Of a DNA stretch of 32,000 bases, positions 16,866 through 26,300 are shown one piece after another. The DNA comes from Coprobacillaceae bacterium (GTDB lineage Bacteria; Bacillota_I; Bacilli_A; Erysipelotrichales; Coprobacillaceae). Position 1 is the stretch's first letter. The number at the start of each line of letters is the position of its first letter. A program made the position numbers and the translations under genes. The notes below the pieces were generated by a model, which was given only the letters and a program-made list of their open reading frames with translations, searched no databases and was not told the DNA's origin. The stretch covers positions 150,001 through 182,000 of the forward strand of contig OY776328.1 of NCBI GenBank assembly GCA_963675515.1, in the 5' to 3' direction.

Positions 16866-18607
16866 TAAAAGATATTATTAAAATTTTGGGATTGCTCAAG
16901 GAATATAAAAAGCCAACCATTATTTCCATGGCTACATTGGCAGTTCAAGTTGTTCTGGAAGTTCTTCTTCCCTATATAATTGCGCTGATTATCGACCGCG
17001 GGGTAATGCAGTCGAACATCACGGCCATTGTCCAGTATGGTCTGCTGATGCTTCTATGCACGACTCTTTCATTGATTATCGGCATCTACTCAAAGCGCCA
17101 GTCATCTCTTGCCGCAACCGGATTTGCCAAGAACATCCGCAAAGAAGTTTTTTACAATGTGCAGAACTTCTCATTCAACAATATAGACAAATATACTTCA
17201 TCAAGTCTGATAACCAGGCTGACCACTGATGTGACCAATATCCAGAACTCGTACATGATGATTCTGATGATCATTGTCCGCTCGCCGATTTCATTGATAA
17301 TGGCTCTTGTATTGACATTCACCATATCACCGCGGCTTTCAGTGGTATATTTGGTTGCTTCATTGTTTCTTGGGGTCATCCTTTATTTTCTTTTATCCAA
17401 TGCGATTCCGACATTCAACAAGACTTTCGAGCAGTATGACAAACTGAACTCTTCGATTCAGGAAAACATCAACAATATCCGGGATGTAAAAGCCTACGTC
17501 CAGGAAAGCAAAGAGATTGATAAATTCTCATTCGCCTCATATAGCCTATACCGGATGTTTAAAAAGGCCGAATCAATCGTTGTGCTCAATGCGCCGGTAA
17601 TGCAATTCACCATGTATGGCGCAATCATCGCTATTTCATTTCTAGGAGCGAACTACATTGTTGACGGATCAATGGCCATCGGTGAATTGTCATCCGTTCT
17701 TTCGTACACCACAAACATCATGATGTCATTGATGATGTTCTCGATGATTTTCGTCTTGCTTTCAATATCTATCGCCTCGATCAAAAGGATCAATGCAATA
17801 ATCGATGAAATTCCCACATTGACCAATCCGGACAACCCAATAGAAGAAATCAAGGACGGTTCAGTAAGCTTTGAAAATGTGAATTTTTCATATTTTGGGA
17901 ATCCTGACAATCTAAGCTTGAAAAATATCAATCTTTGCATCGATTCCGGACAGACAATTGGAGTAATCGGAGGGACCGGATCGTCGAAATCGACATTGAT
18001 CCAGCTGATTTCCCGGTTGTACGATGTCACCTCGGGTAGCCTGAAGGTCGGTGGCAAAGATGTCAGGGATTACGACATCAAATCTTTGCGTGACAATGTA
18101 GCCGTCGTTTTACAAAAAAACGTCCTCTTCACTGGGACAATCGCCGACAATATCCGCTGGGGCAAGCCGGATGCAACAATCGAAGAAATTGAGGAAGTCT
18201 GCAAAATTGCCCAAGCCGAAGAATTCATCAACAAGATGCCCGAAGGCTACCAAAGCAAAATCGAACGGGGTGGCGTAAATGTTTCCGGCGGTCAAAAACA
18301 GCGTCTAACAATCGCCCGGGCCCTGATTAAAAATCCGAAGATATTGATTCTCGATGATTCTACCAGCGCGGTCGACACCACAACAGATCGTCTTATCCAA
18401 GAAGGGTTCAAAACAAAGATAAAAAAGACAACCAAGATCATTATCGCCCAAAGGATATCTTCCATACAAAATGCTGACAAGATAATTGTCATGGATAACG
18501 GCCAGATTGAATCGATGGGAACCCACGAACAGCTACTCGAGATTTCACCGATTTATCAGGACGTCTACAACACCCAAATCAAAGGAGGTATTGATGATGA
18601 AAAATAA
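16862..18607 (+). CDS. ABC exporter half-transporter (TMD-NBD) carrying the degenerate ATP site (BmrC/LmrC/YheI-like)
   Basis: Six N-terminal TM segments followed by an NBD. Walker A is GGTGSSKST and the signature is VSGGQ. Walker B ILILDD is followed by S, so the catalytic Glu is replaced by Asp. The switch is AQR instead of AHR. Confidence 0.88.
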   Translation: MIKDIIKILGLLKEYKKPTIISMATLAVQVVLEVLLPYIIALIIDRGVMQSNITAIVQYGLLMLLCTTLSLIIGIYSKRQSSLAATGFAKNIRKEVFYNVQNFSFNNIDKYTSSSLITRLTTDVTNIQNSYMMILMIIVRSPISLIMALVLTFTISPRLSVVYLVASLFLGVILYFLLSNAIPTFNKTFEQYDKLNSSIQENINNIRDVKAYVQESKEIDKFSFASYSLYRMFKKAESIVVLNAPVMQFTMYGAIIAISFLGANYIVDGSMAIGELSSVLSYTTNIMMSLMMFSMIFVLLSISIASIKRINAIIDEIPTLTNPDNPIEEIKDGSVSFENVNFSYFGNPDNLSLKNINLCIDSGQTIGVIGGTGSSKSTLIQLISRLYDVTSGSLKVGGKDVRDYDIKSLRDNVAVVLQKNVLFTGTIADNIRWGKPDATIEEIEEVCKIAQAEEFINKMPEGYQSKIERGGVNVSGGQKQRLTIARALIKNPKILILDDSTSAVDTTTDRLIQEGFKTKIKKTTKIIIAQRISSIQNADKIIVMDNGQIESMGTHEQLLEISPIYQDVYNTQIKGGIDDEK

Positions 18608-20459
18608 GAATGCCCTGAAGGAATATCAACGCCTGGGACGCTATATTTTCCAGAAATACAAATTGAGAATAACCGCAGTATCACTGTTTTTGATATTGTC
18701 ATCTTTGACATCAGTCGTCAGCTCGCTGTTTTTGAAATCATTGATCGATGACTACATCGCCCCGATGCTTTCGCAAACATCGCCAGATTTCGCACCTCTG
18801 ATCAGTGCCTTGCTTGTCATGGGCGGAATCTTCCTGCTGGGCGTAATCGCCACATACCTCTACAGTTACCTGTTGATTGAGATAACCCAAGGTACGCTCG
18901 ACAGCTTGCGCAAGGACCTCTTCGAGAAGATGGAAAAACTCCCTTTACGCTATTTTGACACCACTGCCCATGGCGACATCATGTCGGTATATACAAACGA
19001 TACGGACACAATTCGCCAGGTCATCTCCCAGTCGATTCCCCAGATCTTCTCTTCAATCGTCACAATCGTCGGTGTGGTATTTTCAATGCTCTACACTTCA
19101 TGGCTGCTGACCCTGATCATCATATTATTCATTATCATCATGCAAAGGGCCATCAAGTTTCTAGCCAGCAAATCTTCAACTCATTTCCGTGAACAGCAGG
19201 GCAACCTGGGCAAGATCAACGGTTATATCGAGGAAATGATGGAAGGCCAAAGGGTCGTCAAAGTATTCAACCACGAAAAACAGGCATGCAATGACTTTGA
19301 CACACTTAACGAAGAGCTGTTCAATTCAGCATATAATGCAAACAAATACTCATCGACCCTTATGCCGATTGTCATGAACCTCGGCAACCTCTCATATGTT
19401 TTCTCAGCGATGCTTGGGGGCGTTTTTGCGGTCAATGGCATCGGGGCCTTGACAATTGGTGGATTGGTATCTTTCTTGCAATTGAACCGCTCATTTTCAA
19501 TGCCAATTTCGCAGATATCCCAACAGTTCAATGCCATCATCATGGCCAGTGCGGGAATCAACCGGATCTTCGAATTGCTTGACCAGACCCCAGAAGAGGA
19601 CGATGGCATTGTAACTCTCGTAAATGTTGAAAAGGTCGACGGAAATATGGTCGAAACCCTAAACCGTACAGATCATTGGGCTTGGAGGCATCCTAGAGCG
19701 AACGGCACCGTTGATCTGGTTGAACTCTCAGGCAATATCAGTTTCTCAAATGTCGACTTTTCCTACAACAACAACAAACAGATTCTCTTCAACATAGACA
19801 TGTACGCAAAACCAGGGCAAAAGATCGCCCTGGTCGGAGCGACTGGAGCCGGAAAAACAACCATCACCAACCTGATCAACCGCTTTTACGATATCCAGGC
19901 CGGAAACATAATTTACGATGGTATCGATATCCGGACAATCAAAAAGAGCGATTTGCGAAAATCATTGGGAATCGTCCTTCAGGACACTAATCTTTTCAGC
20001 GGCACCATAAAAGATAACATCCGCTATTCAAATCCTCGAGCAAGCGATGAGGAGGTCATTTCTGCCGCCAAGCTGGCCAACGCCCATGGATTCATCAAGC
20101 ATCTTGAGAACGGCTATGATACTGTTATTGACGGTCATGGCGAGAACCTTTCACAAGGTCAACGCCAGCTGCTGTCAATCGCCCGAGCGGCACTCGCAAA
20201 TCCTCCTGTGCTGATTCTTGACGAAGCTACATCAAGCATTGACACACGTACCGAAAAAATAGTCCAGCAAGGAATGGACAAACTGATGGAAGGAAGAACG
20301 GTCTTTGTAATTGCCCACCGTCTTTCGACAATCGTAAACTCGGACGTCATCATGGTGATGGATCAAGGGAAGATAATAGAAAGAGGCAATCACGATGCAC
20401 TCTTGAACCAATCTGGAATGTATCATAAGCTTTATACAGGAAGCATCGAACTGAGCTGA
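18594..20459 (+). CDS. ABC exporter half-transporter (TMD-NBD) carrying the consensus ATP site (BmrD/LmrD/YheH-like)
   Basis: GGAGG lies 5 nt upstream of ATG 18594 (a second ATG is at 18597). It overlaps the upstream stop by 14 nt. The track start 18486 lies inside the previous gene. Walker A GATGAGKTT, signature LSQGQ (degenerate), Walker B LILDEATS, switch AHR. Confidence 0.88.
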   Translation: MMKNKNALKEYQRLGRYIFQKYKLRITAVSLFLILSSLTSVVSSLFLKSLIDDYIAPMLSQTSPDFAPLISALLVMGGIFLLGVIATYLYSYLLIEITQGTLDSLRKDLFEKMEKLPLRYFDTTAHGDIMSVYTNDTDTIRQVISQSIPQIFSSIVTIVGVVFSMLYTSWLLTLIIILFIIIMQRAIKFLASKSSTHFREQQGNLGKINGYIEEMMEGQRVVKVFNHEKQACNDFDTLNEELFNSAYNANKYSSTLMPIVMNLGNLSYVFSAMLGGVFAVNGIGALTIGGLVSFLQLNRSFSMPISQISQQFNAIIMASAGINRIFELLDQTPEEDDGIVTLVNVEKVDGNMVETLNRTDHWAWRHPRANGTVDLVELSGNISFSNVDFSYNNNKQILFNIDMYAKPGQKIALVGATGAGKTTITNLINRFYDIQAGNIIYDGIDIRTIKKSDLRKSLGIVLQDTNLFSGTIKDNIRYSNPRASDEEVISAAKLANAHGFIKHLENGYDTVIDGHGENLSQGQRQLLSIARAALANPPVLILDEATSSIDTRTEKIVQQGMDKLMEGRTVFVIAHRLSTIVNSDVIMVMDQGKIIERGNHDALLNQSGMYHKLYTGSIELS

Positions 20460-20485
20460 ACCAAGCCTGACGGCTTGGTTTTTAT
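20459..20485 (+). terminator. Intrinsic terminator of the marR-ABC operon
   Basis: AACCAAGCC-TGAC-GGCTTGGTT followed by TTTAT. The 9-bp stem starts at the last base of the TGA stop. Confidence 0.8.
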
Positions 20486-20486
20486 A

Positions 20487-20566
20487 TCTAATTAGAAATT
20501 TATCTAAATAGCTTGCAAACATGGCGATTTGGATTTATAATCTATTTAGAAAGATATCTAAATAGA
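20487..20566 (+). promoter_or_regulatory. sdpR-like promoter bracketed by two 26-bp palindromic operator copies
   Basis: Unit 1 is TCTAATTAGA-AATTTA-TCTAAATAGC (20487-20512). Then TTGCAA (20513-20518), 17 nt, TATAAT (20536-20541). Unit 2 is TCTATTTAGA-AAGATA-TCTAAATAGA (20541-20566), whose two 10-bp arms are perfect inverted repeats. The units are 22/26 identical and 54 bp apart start to start. Confidence 0.6.
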
Positions 20567-20575
20567 GGTGATAAC

Positions 20576-20857
20576 ATGAGTTTTCAAGAAACCTTCAAAG
20601 CGGTCTCGCATCCGGTGCGGCGGGAAATCCTTAAGATTTTGAAAAATGGAGATATCAGCGCCAGCGAAATCGCAGAGAAATTCAACCTGACCAACGCTAC
20701 CATATCCCACCATCTGGCCGTACTGAAAAAATGCGATCTGATAAGCGAACAGAAATACAAAAACTATATATACTATCGCATCAACACATCAGTGGTCGAG
20801 GGCATGATGGTATATCTGTCACAATTCACCGGAGGAAACGACAATGAAAAAGATTGA
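20576..20857 (+). CDS. ArsR-family winged-HTH repressor, SdpR-like
   Basis: 93 aa from ATG 20576, with AGAGGTG SD; the track start 20513 lies in the promoter. FKAVSHPVRREILKILKNGDISASEIAEKFNLTNATISHHLAVLKKCDLI is the ArsR/SmtB HTH core. No metal-binding Cys motifs. Overlaps the SdpI-like gene by 14 nt. Confidence 0.85.
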   Translation: MSFQETFKAVSHPVRREILKILKNGDISASEIAEKFNLTNATISHHLAVLKKCDLISEQKYKNYIYYRINTSVVEGMMVYLSQFTGGNDNEKD

Positions 20858-21491
20858 TTATAAAATACTGACTATATCGACATTGGTGTGCCTGGCGCCA
20901 ATTTTGATCGGATTGTACTTTTACCAAAAGCTGCCAGCAGCAATGCCTTCGCACTGGAACATCAATGGCGAAGTTGACGGATATCTGCCAAAAAACATCG
21001 CCATTTTCGCAATCCCGGCAATGATGGCGGCAATCAATATCCTTGTTATCGCAGCGACCCAGCTTGATCCAAAAAGAAAAAGCAACCCAGACAAGATTGT
21101 TCACAAGATCTACTGGCTGCTACCGATCCTTTCGGTTATTATATCGGTAGTATCTTACCTGGTAGCCCTGGATTACAATGTCGATGTCGGGACATTTGTG
21201 GTGGCTTTTGTGGGACTGGTGTTTATGGTGATCGGCAATTATCTTCCAAAAATTAAGCAAAACTATACTATCGGCATCAAAATACCATGGACTCTAAATA
21301 GCGAGGAAGTCTGGTATAAAACTCACCGACTGGCCGGAACAATATGGTTTGTCGGGGGCTTGTTCGTGTTTGTGAGTGCGTTCATTTCCGGTTTTCTGGC
21401 TGCCGTCGCACTTGGTATATTCATTTTCGCCGGGGTTGTTCTGCCGACAATCTACGCTTATTACACTTACAAAAGATTAGAAGAAAAATAA
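20844..21491 (+). CDS. SdpI-family membrane immunity/signalling protein (DUF1648 plus SdpI domains)
   Basis: GGAGGA SD lies 7 nt upstream. N-terminal LPAAMPSHWNINGEVDGY (DUF1648-like). Then GNYLPKIKQNYTIGIKIPWTLNSEEVWYKTHRLAG (SdpI signature). Six hydrophobic segments. Confidence 0.82.
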   Translation: MKKIDYKILTISTLVCLAPILIGLYFYQKLPAAMPSHWNINGEVDGYLPKNIAIFAIPAMMAAINILVIAATQLDPKRKSNPDKIVHKIYWLLPILSVIISVVSYLVALDYNVDVGTFVVAFVGLVFMVIGNYLPKIKQNYTIGIKIPWTLNSEEVWYKTHRLAGTIWFVGGLFVFVSAFISGFLAAVALGIFIFAGVVLPTIYAYYTYKRLEEK

Positions 21492-21512
21492 GTCATTACG
21501 ACTTATTTTTTT
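21487..21512. terminator. Bidirectional terminator between the SdpI-like (+) and AhpD-like (-) genes
   Basis: AATAAGTC-ATTAC-GACTTATT, an 8-bp stem flanked by A- and T-runs. It overlaps both stop codons. Confidence 0.6.
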
Positions 21513-22078
21513 GTGGCTTTGCATATAGCTAATATTGCAATCAGGGGCAGCAATATTATCAAGAATGGTGCGGCAATGATTGTAAGTTCCCGTGAAAGAC
21601 TAGATTTCTTTACCGGCTTTTTATGAACCCGGTCTTTTAGATTAAGCATGGCAATGCCATAGGCGTTGCCAAACATGATGATGTCAATGACTTTAACTAT
21701 AGCATCAGCTTTATTACGACCATAATAGGCCCGTAGTTTGAAAATCGCATTAGTGTCGGGATACCCGCCAGTCTGCGCATAATGTTGGGCAAAAACTATG
21801 GCCAACTTCTGGCTATCCGGAACATTTTCAAATTCACCGCTTAGAAGCTCATCAATTTCAAGCTGGCTGATTCCAGCCTTGAAAGCAAGTTTTGTATGCT
21901 CATAAGAACAGAGTGGGCAGCGGTTGACTTGGGATACCGCAAGCATGATCCGCTCCACAAATTGCTTATCCAGCAACTTGTGCTTTTTAATTTTAACCAT
22001 GGTCCTGGTCGCCCCGACCATTTTCCAAAATTGTCTTGAATATTCCTTAACGCTTATTTCTGCCATTTCTTCATTCAT
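21503..22078 (-). CDS. AhpD-like / carboxymuconolactone decarboxylase-family protein with a C-terminal membrane anchor
   Basis: GAGGTG SD. AhpD-core redox motif C-P-L-C-S-Y-E-H (CxxCxxxH) within VSQVNRCPLCSYEHTKLA. The C-terminal segment LTIIAAPFLIILLPLIAILAI is hydrophobic. Confidence 0.75.
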   Translation of the reverse strand: MNEEMAEISVKEYSRQFWKMVGATRTMVKIKKHKLLDKQFVERIMLAVSQVNRCPLCSYEHTKLAFKAGISQLEIDELLSGEFENVPDSQKLAIVFAQHYAQTGGYPDTNAIFKLRAYYGRNKADAIVKVIDIIMFGNAYGIAMLNLKDRVHKKPVKKSSLSRELTIIAAPFLIILLPLIAILAICKATKK

Positions 22079-22225
22079 TCTATATCACCTCGTAGTTCAA
22101 TTCTATCATATATAGAGGCGCTTGTTAAAAGCAAAGCCTCAAATAAGATAAAAAGTTGGTCTCCTTGACATTGGATATGTTAGTGCTATAGTTAATACAT
22201 AATCATCATGACTGGAGGAAATCAA

Positions 22226-22579
22226 ATGATTTATCTATATGGCTACAAAAAATGCTCCACCTGCTTGAAGGCAATAAAAAAGTTAGAACAGCTAGGGCTC
22301 GAATACTCTTTTTTCGATTTCATAGAAAACAACCTGGATCTGCCTTCCATTTTGCGAATTCACGAGAAAAGTAAGAAAGACATAGGACAGCTATTCAATA
22401 CACGCGGAAAAAAATATAAGGAGCTAGACTTGAAAGAAAAGATGCCATTACTGTCAGACAAGGAAAAACTTGAACTGTTGAGCGGTGATGGGTATCTTAT
22501 CAAAAGGCCCATTCTCGAAGCTGAAAATTCAGTGATAATCGGATATGATGAAAAGCTTTACGAAAAGCTAGGTGCCTGA
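22226..22579 (+). CDS. ArsC/Spx-superfamily thioredoxin-fold protein, YffB-like
   Basis: GGAGG lies 7 nt upstream of ATG 22226. Promoter: TTGACA (22165-22170), 16 nt, with extended -10 TGCTATAGT. MIYLYGYKKCSTCLKAIKKLEQLG (CxxC), LFNTRGKKYKEL and YLIKRPIL match the ArsC/YffB pattern. Confidence 0.75.
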   Translation: MIYLYGYKKCSTCLKAIKKLEQLGLEYSFFDFIENNLDLPSILRIHEKSKKDIGQLFNTRGKKYKELDLKEKMPLLSDKEKLELLSGDGYLIKRPILEAENSVIIGYDEKLYEKLGA

Positions 22580-22580
22580 A

Positions 22581-23363
22581 ATGCCTGCGTCATATACCCA
22601 CTACTACTTTGCAAGAGAAGTCTATGCAAACCTGAAGGACACAAAAATCCAACAGATAATAGCCAAGTATCCTGATCTGTATTTCATTGGTTGCCACGGT
22701 CCGGATATCAATTTCTTCTACCATCCTTACAAGAGCAACCGGATCATCGACCAGGCGTATGCGATTCATGAAGCTCCAGGGGCTGATTTTTTCACGAATG
22801 CACTCAAAGTTGTGAATGACAGTCAAAACAAGGAAGCGAGTTGGTCGTATCTGTTTGGCTTTCTGACTCATTTCATTCTTGACAGCACCTGCCACCCATA
22901 TATCAATGATGTGATAGAGGCCCAGACAAATGAGTTTCACCAGACTATAGAATCCCAGTATGACAGAAGATTCATCATCAAGGACAGACTTGACCCGATG
23001 ACGACACACATCCGGGACCATGTCGTCATATCAAGATTCAACAGTCAAATCATAGCCCCCTTCTTCAATCTCAACCCATCAGTTATCCTGGATTCACTGC
23101 GTGGATTCAAATTTTTTGATTCCTTCTTTGTCACACCATGCAAGCTTCGTCGCTGTATTACCAACTATGTCCTGATCAAGATGAATATGGAAAGAAACAC
23201 GGGGTTGTTCATGATCGACGGACCCGAAAAGCCAAATCTCACATTGTACCTTGATCACCTCGACAACTTATACCAGAGGGCATTTTTGGAAAGCGGCCAG
23301 TTGATGAGCGACTTGTTCACCAAGCAGGAGATAAGCTCCAGATACAATCGTAACTTTGAATAA
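22581..23363 (+). CDS. Zinc-dependent phospholipase C-fold family protein (no signal peptide)
   Basis: ATG 22581 lies 1 nt after the upstream TGA. His-rich motifs SYTHYYFAREV, GCHGPDINFFYHP and FLTHFILDSTCHPYIN are typical of the cytoplasmic Zn_dep_PLPC-like family of Firmicutes. No N-terminal hydrophobic leader. Confidence 0.65.
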   Translation: MPASYTHYYFAREVYANLKDTKIQQIIAKYPDLYFIGCHGPDINFFYHPYKSNRIIDQAYAIHEAPGADFFTNALKVVNDSQNKEASWSYLFGFLTHFILDSTCHPYINDVIEAQTNEFHQTIESQYDRRFIIKDRLDPMTTHIRDHVVISRFNSQIIAPFFNLNPSVILDSLRGFKFFDSFFVTPCKLRRCITNYVLIKMNMERNTGLFMIDGPEKPNLTLYLDHLDNLYQRAFLESGQLMSDLFTKQEISSRYNRNFE

Positions 23364-23394
23364 AAAAACCGATGGACTTTTCCACCGATTTTTT
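23364..23394. terminator. Bidirectional terminator between the PLC-fold gene (+) and the FtsX permease (-)
   Basis: AAAACCGATGGA-CTTT-TCCACCGATTTT, a 12-bp stem with 2 mismatches, flanked by A7 and T-runs. Confidence 0.6.
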
Positions 23395-23395
23395 G

Positions 23396-26300
23396 TTATT
23401 CCACAGATTTTAAAGATTCGATCATATCAACATTATCGACAATTCTTCGCATCAGGAAATTGATTGCTATGGTAAATGCCATAGTTATCAAAAATGATAT
23501 AACATGTGTCTGCCAACTGACCGTCCTAACAAAGGCGACGGATTCGAGCTCGACAGTGATAATCAGATAATAATGAATTATCTTACCTGCCGCCAACCCG
23601 ACGATGCTGCCGATCACACTCAAATATATGTTTTCCCTGAAAATATAATCATATATCTCGCGAGGGTAAAAGCCCAGAACTTTTATGGTGGCTACTTCGA
23701 CAATTCTCTCCTGGATGTTTATGTTTGTCAGGTTGTAAATGACAATCAGGGCCAGGAATCCTGCCGCGACTATCAGGATTATTATGACGGTATCGATTGA
23801 CTGGATTTGCCCCTTGAACTCCTCTTGCTGTTCCCCGTTTGTTTCCTGGGAAATAATGAGGTCGTTGTCCAGCTTGGTCAAATCACCCTTGACCAGGGCC
23901 TTGTTGATGGTCACTGAATTGTCAGTGAGACTTTCAAAATTGCTCTGGTTCATGTATACTACATTGCCATAGTAATACGTGATGATATTGGACACCGTAA
24001 CCGGATAATAATCATCCTGGTAAAGAATCTCTATCTCGTCACCGACATTTACATTGAGCTGTTCTGCAAGCTTATGGTTGATGGCGACAGTATTGTCATC
24101 AATAGTGATCTTTTCGCCATCTTCATTCAGACTAAGCAGTTTATCATAATTGTCATCGACTTCGACATTCAAGGTTACGTACTTATCGTCGATTTCAACA
24201 ATGGATTTGTAGTAGTTGTTGACCAACAACCCTTCATTGCCAAGTTGATCGGAAAGCTCAGTAATCTGTTCGTTCGAGCTGTCGCTCACATAACTTATTT
24301 CACAATCGTACAGATTTATTTGTTCGAACTGCCTTTGGAGCGATTGGGAAATCGAATACTTGATCCCAAAAGCAACAACTATCAATGATGTGCACCCCGC
24401 GATTCCGATGATTGACATCAGGAACCTTCTTTTGTAACGGAAAATATTCCGCAGAGTCACCTTGTTATTGAATGAAAGCCGCTTCCAGAGTGGAGTGATT
24501 CTTTCCAATAGAATCCTCTTTCCTTGTTTGGGTGGTTTTGGTCTTAGCAGGTTTGCCGGTTTCTCCTGCAATTCTTTTGCCGCTACCAGCCATGTCACCG
24601 CCATGATGATTCCGACTGATATCAACAATGTAATGATGACTATTCCCGGATCAAAGAAGATCTTGGTAGGGGCGAACACATCGTACATCATCAGATTGTA
24701 GAGATAGTAGATGAATGCCGGGAAGAAATTGATACCGAACACTACGCCGATTAATGTCGCCGGCAACGTGGCGATAATCACGAAAAGCAAGTAGCTGTTC
24801 AGGATATTCCTCTTGCTATAACCAAGTGAAAGCAAAGTGCCGTTATGGATCCGCTGTTCCTCAACCATTCGGGTCATGGTCGTCATTGCCACAAGGGCCG
24901 CAACCAGGAAGAATATTATCGGGAACAGATAGGAAAGTGACTGGATCGCCTGAGCATTCTGGGTAAATGAATCGATTCCTTCATTCTGGTCCTTGGTGAA
25001 TGTGAACAATTTTCCCTGTTCGAAATCTTCAAGGTCAGCTTTTGCCTTCTCTATCTCCAGATAGCCGTCATCGATCTGGACTTTTGCATCATCAAGTTCC
25101 ACTTTTGATTCGTCAAGCAGCGATTTCGCCTTGGCTAGTTCAACGTCGTTTGCCGCCAGTTCGTTCTTGGCGGTGTCAAGTGTCACCTTTGAAGATTCCA
25201 ACTCTCCTTGGGCCTGATCAAGCTGAATCTTGGTCGCATCGAGCAACACTTTGTTCTCGTCAAGCTGTGACTTGCTCTGGCTCAATGTGGCCTCGGTCTG
25301 GTCAAGCACGCTTTTGGTGGCATCCAGCTCAGCCTTCGCCGCCTCTAATTCTGCCTTTTGCCCATCAAGCAAAATCCTTGTCTGTTCGTCTACGAGGAAA
25401 TAATCTTCGTAAGCCTCGTCAAAATCAGCCTTTTGTATCTGGTATGTGGCAAGGGACTGATTGTAGATATCCAAGTTGGAATTGTACGTAGCAAGGCCGG
25501 CCTCATATTCGCCAAGACCCTGATTGTACTTTTGCAACCCGTATTCGTATTCTTCCTTGCCATCAAGATATTCCTGCAATCCTTGATTGTACTTTGCAAG
25601 TCCTGACTGATAGTCGAGGTTACCCTGGGCCAGCAAATCCGTTCCTTGATTGTACTGATCGAGACCTTCATTATACTCGACAAGTCCATCCTGGTACTTT
25701 GCCAAAGCATCATCGAGCTTTGCTTGTTCCTCCTGGATCTGTTCATTTGTATCGGCAATCACCTGGTCATATTTTGCCTTATACAGCGGCTCCAGCACCG
25801 CCATCACATCCTGCGATACCTTTTCTAGCTCCTGGTCATATGCCGACGAGAAAATCTGGTCATCTGCAATCTGGATATCAACCTGATTATAGACATATCC
25901 GTCGAATATGTCATAGAGATCCTGGGGCATTATCCAATTTTCATTTCCACTGTTCAATATCGCAAAAAAACCGTAGTTCTCCCCCTCATTGATACTGTTG
26001 ATTCCGCGAAAAGCCTTCGCTATATAATTGGAGCTGTTGGCAATTGCCGTTACCTTGAACTCCTCTATCCCCTGATCATTTTCGAGTTCGATCAAATCGC
26101 CGATTTCAATGCCCTCGACTTGACTGAATGTCTTGTCAATCACACACTCATCTTTTGCAATTGGAAAACTTCCGGAATCCAGGTCAAGGTTGCTTTTGGA
26201 AAAATCGTTATAGCCATATCCGACCATCCCCAGGGTCTTGGTGTCGTTCTCAAAAACAACATCAAAGCGGTTGATAAGATTCACATCTTCAACATTTTCG

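Noticed and set aside
18486-18593. The 36-codon N-terminal extension of the second ABC half-transporter in the track.
   Set aside because: It lies wholly inside the 3' end of the first ABC gene in another frame. GGAGG precedes ATG 18594, and the family N-terminus begins there.
25042-25992. Pro/Ser/His-rich plus-strand ORFs (25042..25491, 25594..25992, 25358..25606).
   Set aside because: They lie opposite the heptad-repeat block of the FtsX permease. The biased, periodic codon content of that block keeps the other strand open. They have no SD, and their composition is implausible for this genome.
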